DNA of 63,999 nt, the filler included, from Asterionella formosa (Eukaryota), in assembly GCA_002256025.1 (NCBI GenBank). It is 12 parts of 12 records of this genome, joined end to end, with 100 filler letters (N's around TTAATTAATTAA, not from the genome) between each part and the next. Parts side by side here need not be neighbours in the genome. Positions count along the whole stretch, not along the records: positions 10,774 to 16,054 come from NKIB01013135.1; positions 16,155 to 21,435 come from NKIB01013136.1; positions 21,536 to 26,815 come from NKIB01013137.1; 9 more parts are not named here. The stretch is one strand, 5' to 3'. A program made the translations under genes and the position numbers. Positions 11,420 through 23,322 of this stretch are shown piece after piece. How positions within the stretch are numbered: the first letter of the stretch is position 1; every line of letters begins with the position of its first letter. The notes under the pieces are model-generated. The model was given only the letters and a program-made list of their open reading frames with translations. It ran no database searches and was not told the DNA's origin.

Positions 11420-13280
11420 ATGCATTACCATTTTAGGAGAATAACGCTATTTTTGATGCTAGAGGCCCTTCGTTCAACGAATGGTGAGACAAGAGCAGTC
11501 TTCGACCTCTCGTATCTACCTCATCTGACGCCACACGCCGTCGCTGGAAATATTCAAGCGACTCTTGCAGAGCACAGCGATGTGAGTTCGATTGAATTGG
11601 ATTTATCATACTCACAGATGGGAAATACAGGCATTGCCGAGGTTATGCAGTCTCTGTCGTCTGCTACAGACGCATCAATCTCGTTTTCGGCACGCATGAA
11701 CCTGTTGACACCGCAGGGCGTCAATGGGATCTTCCAGCGACTGATAATAAAGCAAGAGCTCAACGCTGGCGATGAAAAATCGAAGGCATCTCCACCGCTT
11801 AAAATGGCTTCACTGGACCTTGGATGGAACAATTTACATCCCGATGAGGCCGGGTCTAAGGAATTTTTGAACGGCTTACGAAAGTTGGTTGAGAGCACTC
11901 ATTGTCCGGCTAGTCTGCGATTTGACTGTTGTGGTTTGGGTCCTGGCGCTTGTCGAGCATTGGGAAAGGTGTGTAATTTTTTGGAGGCAGCTTACAGTTG
12001 AATTTGAATGTCTCGATTCTGACCTTGCTTGCAATTTAGGGGATCATGACACGACACGAATCTGGTATACACACTCCAATATCACTTCACCTATGCGGAA
12101 ACAAGGATGTAGGAGATGCCGGAATCGCAGCACTGGCAGCCGCAATTCGTGGCGCGATTTTATTAAATGAAGAATCGGTTGTATTTGAAGAACTAGACTT
12201 ATCAGGTTGCAACGTTGGTGATGTAGGAGCTGAAGCGCTTGCCCTGGCATTGGAGACACATCCAGGTTGCATCAAGCATTTGGACCTTAGCAACAACAAC
12301 ATTGGCAATGATGGCGCTACGGCTATTGGACGTGCTCTGTCTTTAGGTGGAAAGTATGGCACCAAGTGTTTGGATATGAGCAACAATCCAAATCTTGGAA
12401 ATTCAGGAGCGGCGTACTTGGCTGATGCACTTGGACGGGGAATGATCGAGAACTTAATCATTCGAAGCTGCAACGTTCAAGCTGATGGAGCCAAGGCATT
12501 TGGGGAGATGCTCAAAGTTCTAGCCGCTAAGAATATCGTTGAATCCGTCAAAATTGACTTGAGTGGAAACCCACTTGGGATACTACGAAAAGTGAAGAAG
12601 GGGCAGAAGTATTCGGCTAGTGCCCTTAAGAGTAAGGCCAGCGCCACTACTGCTTCATATTTCAACTTTATTGGCAAGAAGATCAAGTCTGGTCTGAAGG
12701 AAGTTGGCTTGGACGGAGTTGCAGATAGTTTTGTCAACACATCCGAGAGCGACGATGAGGAAGAAGAACGCATGGGGTCTGGCGAGTCAAAAGATGATGT
12801 AGATCCAGCGAAAGCTCGATGTGGTGCAAAAGCCTTTGCCAGCGCCATTGTCGTCGATGAACATGACTTGACAAATCGACAGAGTCGACATCAGCAATTA
12901 CAACCCCTTCCTTGAAGTGTGAGCTCGGCCTTCGACACTGCTACTTTGATGAAGGAGCAGCAGATGCACTTGCAGCGACCATCATTCAGGCTAGGGAACG
13001 ATTTGGTATTATTCTATCAATTGACGCAAGAATGAGTTCAGCGCTTGAGGAATCACTGGTAGATGCGCTATCGAGTGGTGCTGATTCCGATAGTCTCGAT
13101 TTCATGGCTGAGCGACACATGCAAGCCCTTGAAGTGATTCGTCGATCGGAACAAAGGGCTAAAGAAGCTGCTGCTAGCGCAAGAAAGCGACTTGCATATG
13201 AAGACGAAGCAGATGAATTTGCTTCTTTTGATGTCGGTGGGGAATACAATTCCGACGCAGAAAATGACGATGATTTTTGA
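11420..13280 (+). CDS. RNI-like leucine-rich-repeat protein (intron 11969-12039; apparent 1-bp frameshift near 12867)
   Basis: LRRs such as ELDLSGCNVGDVGAEALA, HLDLSNNNIGNDGATAIG and LDLGWNNL. The GT-AG intron joins ALGK|GIMT in frame. The C-terminal LRR (ELGLRHCYFDEGAADALA) continues in another frame. Confidence 0.8.
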
Positions 13281-14378
13281 TTTACTTTAGCTGTGTATAC
13301 TTCGACTTCCCCTTAATGCGTGACACCATGTAATCGTGCTGTCATTAATTCAATTCTCGGCAAGAGTATGAATTGCACTGACCCGGTCACTACCAGGGCG
13401 AGCACAAACAATTCAAAAGTACTGCGACTTCTGGTTGTTGCCGGGGCCTTATCAGGGATGAATTGCAGCATTTCTCCAATCTCTGTGTGGAGACGATGTT
13501 GAAAGGTTAGAATTTTCTAGAGAAACAAATAAAATGCCGTGAAAGCCAAAATAGCCTTAGTTGGTGGTGCATCTCATTTCTCAACAGGGGATACGACTTC
13601 TTGCGGAGTCGTTAATAACAGTTTTTCAGTACAGGTCTATGATAGGGATGTTTCCTCGTCATCGGCTGGTTGATCATGGCCTTTCGAAGAAATTTCGAGC
13701 ACTTACCAGGCGCCTAAAGGAATAAGAAATAAAGTAGTATGTGAGTAAAACAGGTGCTACAGAGAGTGTGAATTCATACGAAATTTGTTCCTTCAGAAAG
13801 CTTTGTTGTGATCACACTGCCGTCCACGGCAGTCATTTGACACGCATGAATGTTTTGTGGATAAAAGCAGAAATCGTCCTGTGGAGAAAAGAGGGCATCT
13901 TTGCTCTGACAACTTACTATACGGGTAGGTCCGACTGGTGAAGCATCCGATCGAAGGAAAAGGTTTGCAGACAGTAGTCCTGCGCTTTTTCGCAATGGCC
14001 TACACACCATAGGAAGTGCTCTGACAATGACAAGAGTTGCAGCGGATCACTGCAAGCAGAGGAAATCCATTGCATGCTGGCTACCGTGGCATGGTTGAAC
14101 CTGTCTATTATCGATGTTGCTGGGTCATCACAACATCCAATTTAAAAGATAATGAGAGAGAAGATGGTTTTTTCGGTGCCACAAAACATTTTAGCAGGGA
14201 CAACACCAAATTGCTTGGTTCTGAACCAATGTCGGTGCGTCCCTCCACCCGTGTATGGGAAGTGCCTCACATTATCTCTGGCATACCTGTTGTACATTCC
14301 AGGTAGAGTACCAGGTACCAGGTACAAGGTACCGTGGTACAAATATTCCGGTAGCTGGTCCCAGGCTACATTGTCGCA

Positions 14379-14750
14379 GCAATTCCCGCTCCAGCTATCG
14401 TCTTGCCATTCGGGTACTTCTACTGTAAGTAATTATTACGCTCTAAGAAAATTTATAAAGTAATTTTTATTAAAGGGCAATTTGGGGCACATCGATTTTT
14501 TCGGAATTAAAATTGCCGATTTTTAGCATGAGCGCCAGAAAAACGGTAAAATACGTAAAAAGGGTAGTACAACAAACATAAAACACTCGAGAATGATTGT
14601 AACATGCAACATCAATGAAAATTGAATGTGATGTTGGGAGCAACCAAAGTATGAAATGCGATGTATTAAGTAGTGTCAAATGAGAAATAGAAAAAATTGT
14701 TGTGGGTTAGAATTGAAGTAAAAAATAGGAGTTTCAATGAAAACGTATGT
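14379..14750 (-). mobile_element. Inverted copy of the GCAATTCCC TIR family terminus
   Basis: Begins GCAATTCCCGCTCCAGCTATCGTCTTGCCATTCGGGTAC and is the reverse complement of about 2980-3343. Confidence 0.75.
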
Positions 14751-16611
14751 GCAAGTTGCGTTAATTCTGCTATATCTCGTTCCCAATCGACTTCGTACCA
14801 GCAATACTGATTCCAATTCCAAATTGAACATGTGTCTCTTCTTGCCATCTGTTTCATAAACCAACCTGACCAGCTTGTTGTTCCTATATATATTTAGCTT
14901 TAATCTGATTTAGGCTAAAATATTGAGACCAATCTGTTTTCCTTTTTCTGCCATTTGCTTCTCTTTGATTTGTTGAAAGTCGCACAGTTTTGCTTACTAA
15001 AGTACATTTGGTTAAAGGGGTTTTGCTTAAGGTTCCTGCATTTCAACCCTAGATTAGAGGTAGGGTTACAATAGTAATATTAAGTCAGAATAATCAAACA
15101 CACACTTCGTATGCGTAAAAAATAAATGTATATCACTAAACGGAGCTATCACCAATATTCACCCTTTCCACATGCTAAGTTACAATCTTCTGAAAAATTA
15201 GTAAATAGGTCAACGCTATAAATCATCACGATATCGGATCTGTCGAGAAAGTGCAGGAAGGAACTTAAGTTTTTTTTAAACTATGCTAGAAATAGTGGAT
15301 TATACTAAGTGGCCGCTTCACTATAAATATTTTGATTGGTCAACTTCAATTACTAACCGACATTTGATTGGCCTGGTTTGCGCGGTCTAAGTACAATATC
15401 CACATTACCGGCCGGTAGGTAGCTGGCACCGTTAGACAGGGCCTTATCGGTAGTCATCAAGCAACGATATTCGCCATGGTGCTGCCAGCTTGTATGACAC
15501 TTATGTGTTGATGGTATTATAGGGTTTATATATCAAGCAATGTAGACTGTATATATATATTTAGCGATTTCGAAAAAAAATCTATTTAAATACACGCGAA
15601 TTTCCACAGATTTAATTATTTCAAAGAATGAAATCGTGTCATTCAAAATTATTCCATTGAAATTTGTAGTTCCAGGGAATTTCGGCAATCCTAAGCAACA
15701 TTTTAATTTTTGCCATTGGGTTGAAAATGTAGGAACCTAAATGTTCGTTGTAAAATATTCTATTGAAATAAATGAAAATAGTTAAATAAACTAATCACTA
15801 TTAGATTTAGAACATTTAGAAACAGGTTTTAAGCCAGTTGATTCATGCACAAGGAACATGGTACCATATGTACAGGTTCTGGAATATAATTATTTAGCTG
15901 AAATACTGCCATTCTTTTGTATATATGTTACGCTATAGTGTAATAGTATCTCCACTATACTTTGTCTATTAACCATAGAATGACTCCACCAGAGGTACCC
16001 GGTAAGTTGTAATAGTCCTCTGCTACTCCCCTTATTATTGACAACGAAAATTGANNNNNNNNNNNNNNNNNNNNNNNNNNNNNNNNNNNNNNNNNNNNTT
16101 AATTAATTAANNNNNNNNNNNNNNNNNNNNNNNNNNNNNNNNNNNNNNNNNNNNTTCTACAATGACAACGGGAACTAGAAGCCGTTGTTTCTCTCAAAGA
16201 GCAGTGACAAATACTGCTAAGCGCAAAGTGCAAGATGATAACCGGCGTGCTGCATTGGCAATGTGTGCACTAGAAAGGAAAAAGAAGCTTGGGTATGTTG
16301 TTGATTGGTGTGTGCTTCCGCCCATGCTGGCTGACCGAATTGTCGATTTCATCCTAACATACTCTTCAATTCATTACATTCTTCAGCTTATTGGAACGGA
16401 ATGAGGTTGTTGCAAATGCTGCAAGTATTCCCGAAGCAGCCATTGATTGGAACGAAGAAATAGAAAGGTGCGTTTGTTGTTGATTGTTGCATAATTTTGC
16501 TTCCATTTTGATTCATCTATCATTGATGATGCGATCACTCACAGTCGCATTGTTTCCTTTCCGGTCATTGTCAGCTTTAAAGAACCTTCTAAAAGCAATG
16601 TTTCTACAGTT

Positions 16612-17440
16612 GTGAACTCATCCAATGTTGTAGAAACATCCAATTCTGAGATTGATAGACCCAGCTCTGTTGATTGTCGTGAATCTGATAATTGCAACAG
16701 TACTACTAGCACATCTGATTCCGATTCGAGGTACTTGTTACCTGCTTCCATCATTGCTCCTCATGCTCATCGTACTGATTCCCGGATTCCAATGTCTCAC
16801 TCAACTGCTGAAGACTATGCCAATGCAATTCGTTCCAGCAATAATGTTTTCGGATCAACAAAACAAACAAATTCTATTAGAAACCTGTCGCATAACACAA
16901 TCAAATACACCAAGTCACTTACCATCATTGAATCAAGGTTTTTTAAATCCCTTGTCGAGAATGAAACCTTGAGCTCGCTTGCTTCTTTCAACAATGATCC
17001 TGACAATGGCAACCAACCAATCCGTCGATTCTATCTAATCTGTCGTGGGCTAAGACGCAACGCCACCAAAGACATCATCAACACTGCTGCACTTTGATTT
17101 GCAACCAAATTCTTCAAGAAAAAATCGCCCCTCATTCTCGAAAGTGCTTCTGACAAAGCCATTGCAACGGCAATGTACCAACCAAACATCGCCCAAACCA
17201 AGCTGAAAGACCTCTTCCGATGCTTCTCCTGCCAAGGCATACCATATTCCCTGTCGAAGGATTTCAATGGTGAGGTGAGATTCAAGCATTCTTTAAAAAA
17301 ATATGGCAATTGCTGCCAAGCACCAGCCATTGGAATATGGCCACAAGCCCATGGCATCACAGTTCGATCAAGAAGTACACAGAAAATCTTCTATTCATAG
17401 CACGAATCAGCGAAATGAAAAGCGGATTTCTTCGAATTGA
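16612..17440 (+). pseudogene. Decayed ORF resembling the N-terminal part of Crypton/DUF3504-type tyrosine recombinases
   Basis: ORFs 16612-17097 and 17173-17400 share a frame across one TGA, giving DIINTAAL*FATKFFKKK...YQPNIAQTKLKDLFRCFSCQGIPYSLSKDF. This is similar to the LN..L..F...RKK.G..Y.P.TL....L.RYL...G......D..F pattern. No catalytic domain is seen. Confidence 0.4.
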
Positions 17441-17480
17441 ATTGCAAAAATGAGAACACACAGTATATGATGAGAAAATA

Positions 17481-18636
17481 CCTTCCGTGCAAAAAAGTGT
17501 TTCTAAATGCACAATTGCCTTCTTTGGGAATTCGACAATAGTTTCTATCAATGATAGAATATTTTCCTAACTAAAGGTTGAATGACTATTGTTTTTAAAT
17601 AATGGAATATCGAGAAATATTTACAGTTTTTGTATTATCATCGATAATATGCACTGGATGTCCAAATCAACATAAAATCAGATGCATAAGAATGTATCCG
17701 ATTCTACATAAGAAGTTATCGACATGCCTAGACATTATATACACAACTCTTACTACCGCTAGTGTCATTGGTAAACGTCTACGTCTATGTGTAGGTAATT
17801 CCCATACAAGGTATGAAGCATATCCATCACATGTTGGGCTGCACCGCTCGTCCAACAACGATAAGTGCTACCTGTATGTGCATGCATCGTTCCCTAGTAT
17901 CCATGACTATTGGTACCAGGGTACCACTTCAAATCATACGAGAATATATACCGGAATATTGTATATGTTACACATAGCTACATACATACTGTTAAGTATA
18001 TTTGATTTGTGCTGAGCGATGTTCCGTAGTAGGGGAACGCTGAGACAGCAACTCCGTCCTGACCACGACGAAATTATTGGACTGAATATCTCCACGAAAA
18101 ATTACAGTCAACTATTGCTATTTAGTACATATATCAAGCTTACCATAGACGAGGTAACCGTTCAAAAATAAAATTGTTTGTACCAATATTGACGATAAAA
18201 ATTAGAAATTGCTGCTAGAGCTTGTTTCCGTCGTCGTTTGCTCAGTTTTTAAGATATGACCCAAGTAGCGACAGTTTTGAGTCCGAGATGCCTAGTGTAA
18301 TAATATTTGCAAGATAATTATTTCTATCTAAGGTACAAACACTTGAGAAAACTTGAGCGATATTGATTTCGGAGACGGCGCATCATCTCAAAATGCAAAA
18401 AAATAAATACCTTAAGGCATAATTTTGTACTGACTATCATGTACGTACTAATTCTCACAGGTAGTATTTCTATGGAACCTTTAGTAGATCATTTTGAAGT
18501 TAAACATAGAAACACACATAGCATGGAACAATTCACTGCATGTTCCTCACGCGACTAGATATTTCGCATCGCTTTAAGACATACTAATTCCCAAAAAAGC
18601 CATTGTGCATTTAGAAACACTTTTGTGCAAGGATGG
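17481..18636. mobile_element. MITE with ~52-bp TIRs and TA target-site duplication (Tc1/mariner-like)
   Basis: TA|CCTTCCGTGCAAAAAAGTGTTTCTAAATGCACAATTGCCTTCTTTGGGAATT ... AATTCCCAAAAAAGCCATTGTGCATTTAGAAACACTTTTGTGCAAGGATGG|TA. No transposase ORF inside. Confidence 0.8.
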
Positions 18637-18649
18637 TAATGGACCAGTA

Positions 18650-18775
18650 TATGACTATGACTTTCAGGAAATTCCTATGACTTTCAAGAAATGACTATGA
18701 CTTTGAGGAAACTTAAGGAAACATAAGGAAATGCGTAAGGAAATTTCAGGAAATGCATGGAATTTCCTGAAGTCT
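18650..18775. repeat. Degenerate minisatellite (CTATGACTTTCAGGAAA / AAGGAAA units)
   Basis: Three CTATGACTTT(C/G)A(A/G)GAAA units followed by several AGGAAA units. Confidence 0.6.
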
Positions 18776-19399
18776 CCAGAATTTGGCTTTTCCGGTCAAA
18801 TTGAAAAGCCGTATATCCTTCGTTCTGTATTTAAAGTACCGTACAAGATTCCCTACCGGCAATAGTTAAATTCATTTGAAATACCGGTACTGGCTGGTGT
18901 TACTAAGTACTAATATATAGCTACATGGTATACCGTACACTGGTATATGTTGTCTGTAAGTCTGTTTGCATAGCATTTTACACCAGTACCATTATCGTAC
19001 ATCAAGCAGAGTTTGCAAGTAAATTAGACCAGTAATTTTTGAAATGCTGATACGAATTCTATTTTGTGATTCTCAACATCACGCTTCCAGCCAGATTTCC
19101 CTTGCCCGTGATATCATTGCTACTACCACAATGGTCCTTCATGTTTCTGCCCCTGAATTTTAAAGTTGACTGAAAGTCTGTAAAATTGTTTTCTTACACG
19201 CTCTATTTATTCTTGACCAACCAATAGGCGGTCTCCCGGCGACTATGCACTTAATAATCTGTGCTCATCTCTGGTATCACGAAGCTTGCATGGCACCATT
19301 CATTTGTGCATTCCATTATTTACATCAAGCTTGAGAAGCCTTTGAGCTTCTGAACCATCCCAACGAGGATAAGGCAGAACTGCTGCAACCCTGTTGATG

Positions 19400-21308
19400 A
19401 TATGTAGTCGTTCACGACTGGCAGTGGCTTGCGACAAGTTGTCTTGCCTTTTAGTGTTCCAATGTCAGGTCCAAAAATTTACTCTGCAATTTTGATATCA
19501 TCAGTAGTCACTGGATTATTGTTGATCGTATTCATACCAATTATTGCCTTGAAATCATGAATTGATGGCGTACCCAAGGCATGAAATAGATCACGAGCTT
19601 GCTTGGCTCTTTCAAATTGACGCTCAGTGTAAAATGTTTTGTTCTCTTCAACTGTATTAAAAATTTGAGCATTCTCCGCCTTCATTGCTGTAGGAGGCTT
19701 GAAAACATATAATTCATCCCAATTCTTTTGAATCGAACTGGCTTGTCAGGCAAATGAACAATAAATGCATCTTCTTTCTCAGAGTCATAGGTAATTCTGT
19801 ACCTATCTGCCATTTCGGCATAACTGAAGATGTTGGTGATTACATTCTCATTAAACCATACTTCTCCCCATTGTGGAAGATCAGCCTTCATATTAGTGAC
19901 CATGGATCCACCATTTGTGGCCAGGTGCATGCTTCCATTGGTTGACATTTGAATGTTTTTTGAACCATTTTTGGATTGCAAAAGACTGTGACACTTGATT
20001 GATTATCCAATCATAACCAGTCATGCATCTCAGATGCTTAGTAAAATTGTAGTTTCATATGAGCTCCCGCCCATCCGAATTGATTGACATTTGCTTGTTG
20101 TGAAGCTTGTGATTATGGTTTGTTGTTGGAATTAACAGAGGTAACTGTACTTGTGTCCGATGTAGTAGCCTGTGCCTGTGCATGGCTTTGGGCCTTGTTG
20201 ATTGCCCATTCCTCTTTGGGTATATTCTTGTCTTGGCACGAAGGAGATTTGTGACCTGCTCTACCGCAGCAGTAACATTTTCCTTCTAACCAAGCAAACG
20301 ATAAGTTCACATCTTATTCCTCTTTGGGTTTATTCTTGTCTCGGCACGGAGGAGATTTGTGACCTGCTCTACCGCAGCACCAGTAACATTTTCCTTCTAA
20401 CAAAGCAAATGATAAGTTCACATCTTTGTCTTCCTTCCCTGCATCCTTTTGTTCTCTGTCTTTATTATGATCTCCTGGTTTCTTGTGACTGTTGGGTTTA
20501 TTTATTACGTCGAACCGATGGTTGCTGAGAACATTATTTGATTCGGTGATGGTCTTCGGGTATTGATCATTGCCAAGTGATTGTTGAGTTTTCAGCCCAG
20601 TCATAATTGATCCATATTTGGCTTTATCCGCATTGTCAAGGTATAAATAGGCCATAAATTGACTGAAAGCTTGTTCGCGAAATTTATCTCGTAGGTTGAT
20701 GTCAGTCTCATTGTATCCATCCATGGCTTCAATGAACTTGGTGAGGATAATGGGTCCTCCCATGTGTGACTTGAGCACATCTCATGCCACACGAAATCTT
20801 TTTTGTAGTCTTGTAGACTTTCTCCTTCCTTTTGCTTTGTATATCAAAGCGTTCTCATTGCATCTAAAATGATCAACATTGAATATCGATTTTCTTGAAA
20901 ATTTAGTGCGTGTTCTTTAATTGCCATAAGCAAAGTTATTGGGTTATTTTTGATCCTATTGTAATTGGATCTTGCTTCAATCTTGTTCTTCATGGCTTTG
21001 TTGCATCTTTCCCAGAGCAATGCATATACCTTGGTATTATTATTTTCGTAGGCCTGTACCCTTTTAATGTAGGTGTCAGAATCAGCCTTGAACTCAATCT
21101 CATATTGCCGATTCTCTGCAGTGCGATCTTATTTTGTCGTTGCAATGCTCACTTGCATTCTTGGCTTCGATGCCAATGTGCTCATTAGTTCTAATAACTC
21201 GAGCGCGGTTCCTATGTCATTGCGATAGTCGAACACTTTCTTGATGTGATTGATGAGGTACTCAGTCACAGTCTGATAATCATATGCCTGCTTCCATGAT
21301 CCGAGGTA
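19400..21308 (-). mobile_element. Ty1/Copia (CoDi-like) retrotransposon relic: gag, Zn knuckle, protease, pre-integrase region
   Basis: YLGS.KQA.DY.TVTEYLINHIKK, LEGKCYCCGRAGHKSP (tandemly duplicated at about 20205-20430), LDNQS, and AKQARDLFHALGTPS...FGPDIGTLKGKT. Many stops and frameshifts. Confidence 0.85.
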
Positions 21309-21435
21309 CATCTAAGACGCGAAATACGCCACTTTTCGAAATTTCGTCTACGTATGAGTGTTAATTATGTGGTACTTCACATGCATTAATGCCACTCTTC
21401 ACGTAAAAAAGATTACTTTTAACGGTTTCATGTGA
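21309..21435 (+). mobile_element. Terminus of the 'CATCTAAG(A/C)CGC' element family interrupting the Copia gag
   Basis: TA|CATCTAAGACGCGAAATACGCCACTTTTCGAAATTT is homologous to the reverse complement of 29040-29078. Copia homology stops here. Confidence 0.55.
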
Positions 21436-22676
21436 NNNNNNNNNNNNNNNNNNNNNNNNNNNNNNNNNNNNNNNNNNNNTTAATTAATTAANNNNNNNNN
21501 NNNNNNNNNNNNNNNNNNNNNNNNNNNNNNNNNNNCTTCCTCAAACATGTTCATATAGCAGTTACAAGGAAGCTACTACAATGAGTTTGAACCCATCAAT
21601 GTGTAATATACTTTGATTTTAAGTTCATCATGAATGAACTCAACCAGGCTAGTTCTACAAATGTATCAAAACTTTGATCTTTTTTCGATTATTTCGGTTG
21701 CAATGCTTAGGATGTTTTGCTATATCTAATCTATGTAGGAGTGTACATATGGAGTAATAAGTAATTATTTCATAGTTATCATTCTCAATTATACTATGAA
21801 TTGCTACCTGTAGTCAGAAGAATGTGAATGAGAACACATGTTTCACAGGTAACATGTATGTACCTGTGTATGTATTGAATAAGTCTCTACAACAATAAGA
21901 GTAAGAATCAGTATACTGGTTGTAAATATGTCCAATCTATGTAGTGTACTGGTACATATGTACCATTATGTAGTTGTTACACAGTGGTGCTCAATCTCGT
22001 GTTCATAATTATGTACTACAAATTGCGTGCTGGTCTTTGTAGAAGAGCCTATGATATTGTATATGCATAGGACTTACATTATCTATTTTATGTAGGTATA
22101 GCTAATACCATACATACTAGGTCATGGTTTAACCCAAATTCTCCTACCATTTCGACAAGAACAGACATGAATTGTTAACCTACAAGTGTGAACATTGCTA
22201 CTCCATTTATAGCAGGGAACAACTTTGTCTGAAACAGAATCAGTATATCTCGAATATTCATCCCAAAACAAGTATTGTCAGCTTTTACTTTGGAGTGTGC
22301 TCATCTGCACTTATGTCTTTGTTCGCTTTAGCCTTATGTTTCACCAACAATTGTTATTTATTTTGTAATGTGATGCTCAATTCCAAAATCGAGTGAGTCA
22401 AATAATGGACTCTGATGTCCGTCTTGTGGTTCCCTGCAGTTGCGTAGAAATTATCGTCATCAGTGTGTGTCAAAGTGTCCGGAAAAACATGTGTAAACAG
22501 CTCATCTCACTCGATGGCCGTCATGAAAGTGATATGAACACCGGTTTAGGAGTCTTTTTAACAAAATTTTCTATTGCCCTTTCAGGCGCCAAAGCAACGT
22601 TTGAAGCTGAAAAGGTTTGACAGTATCTATGTCGCTAATGCCAGAATAAAACTGTATGCATTCTTACTATGAAGAA

Positions 22677-22766
22677 AAAATCAACGGACTCTTTCTACCC
22701 TAAAGTCACGAGGATTGAATGAAAATCAACGGACTCTTTCTACTCTTAAGTCATGAGGATTGAATG
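22677..22766. repeat. 45-bp tandem duplication
   Basis: AAAATCAACGGACTCTTTCTAC...AAGTCA(C/T)GAGGATTGAATG, two copies. Confidence 0.85.
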
Positions 22767-23322
22767 TCAGCAGTCAGGCCAAGAGGCATTGCTTACCAGT
22801 GCCCTGGTACCTGGTACTTCCCTGGTATGTACCAATATCCTCCCCTGCAAACACAATACCTGGTACCTGGTACCAGGGTACCGAATAAAGGGAATGTTGC
22901 TACCGTAGGTACGAACTTGTTGTATCCACAAGACAATCGAATAAAAGCACCACCAACAAGTGTGACATCACTATACTAACGGTAAAATACTTGTGTGCCC
23001 CCTGGAGGTTTAATAAATATTTATGCATGACACATGCCGGGGGGGGGCATCATATATATATATACAAATATATATATAAACAAGATTTAAATAGAGGGAA
23101 AGTATTAGGTGTACACAAGGTATCCAATGGTTCCTGGTAGTGTGTGTGGAAGACAAACAAAAATGCTGAAAATATAATTGAACTTTGATCGATCTTGTGT
23201 CCATTTGACTTCCACAATCCCCCCATTATATCTTGATTGTTGCATCTTTCTATCCACACCTACCCCAGTTATCACTACTAAGCTAGCCACCGTGATACCA
23301 GGCACTGCAGTAGCGGGCAGCC

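Noticed and set aside
13300..14140. Possible minus-strand gene with an intron-like GTATGA...TTTAG segment near 13715-13779
   Set aside because: No consistent open frame or recognisable motif could be built.
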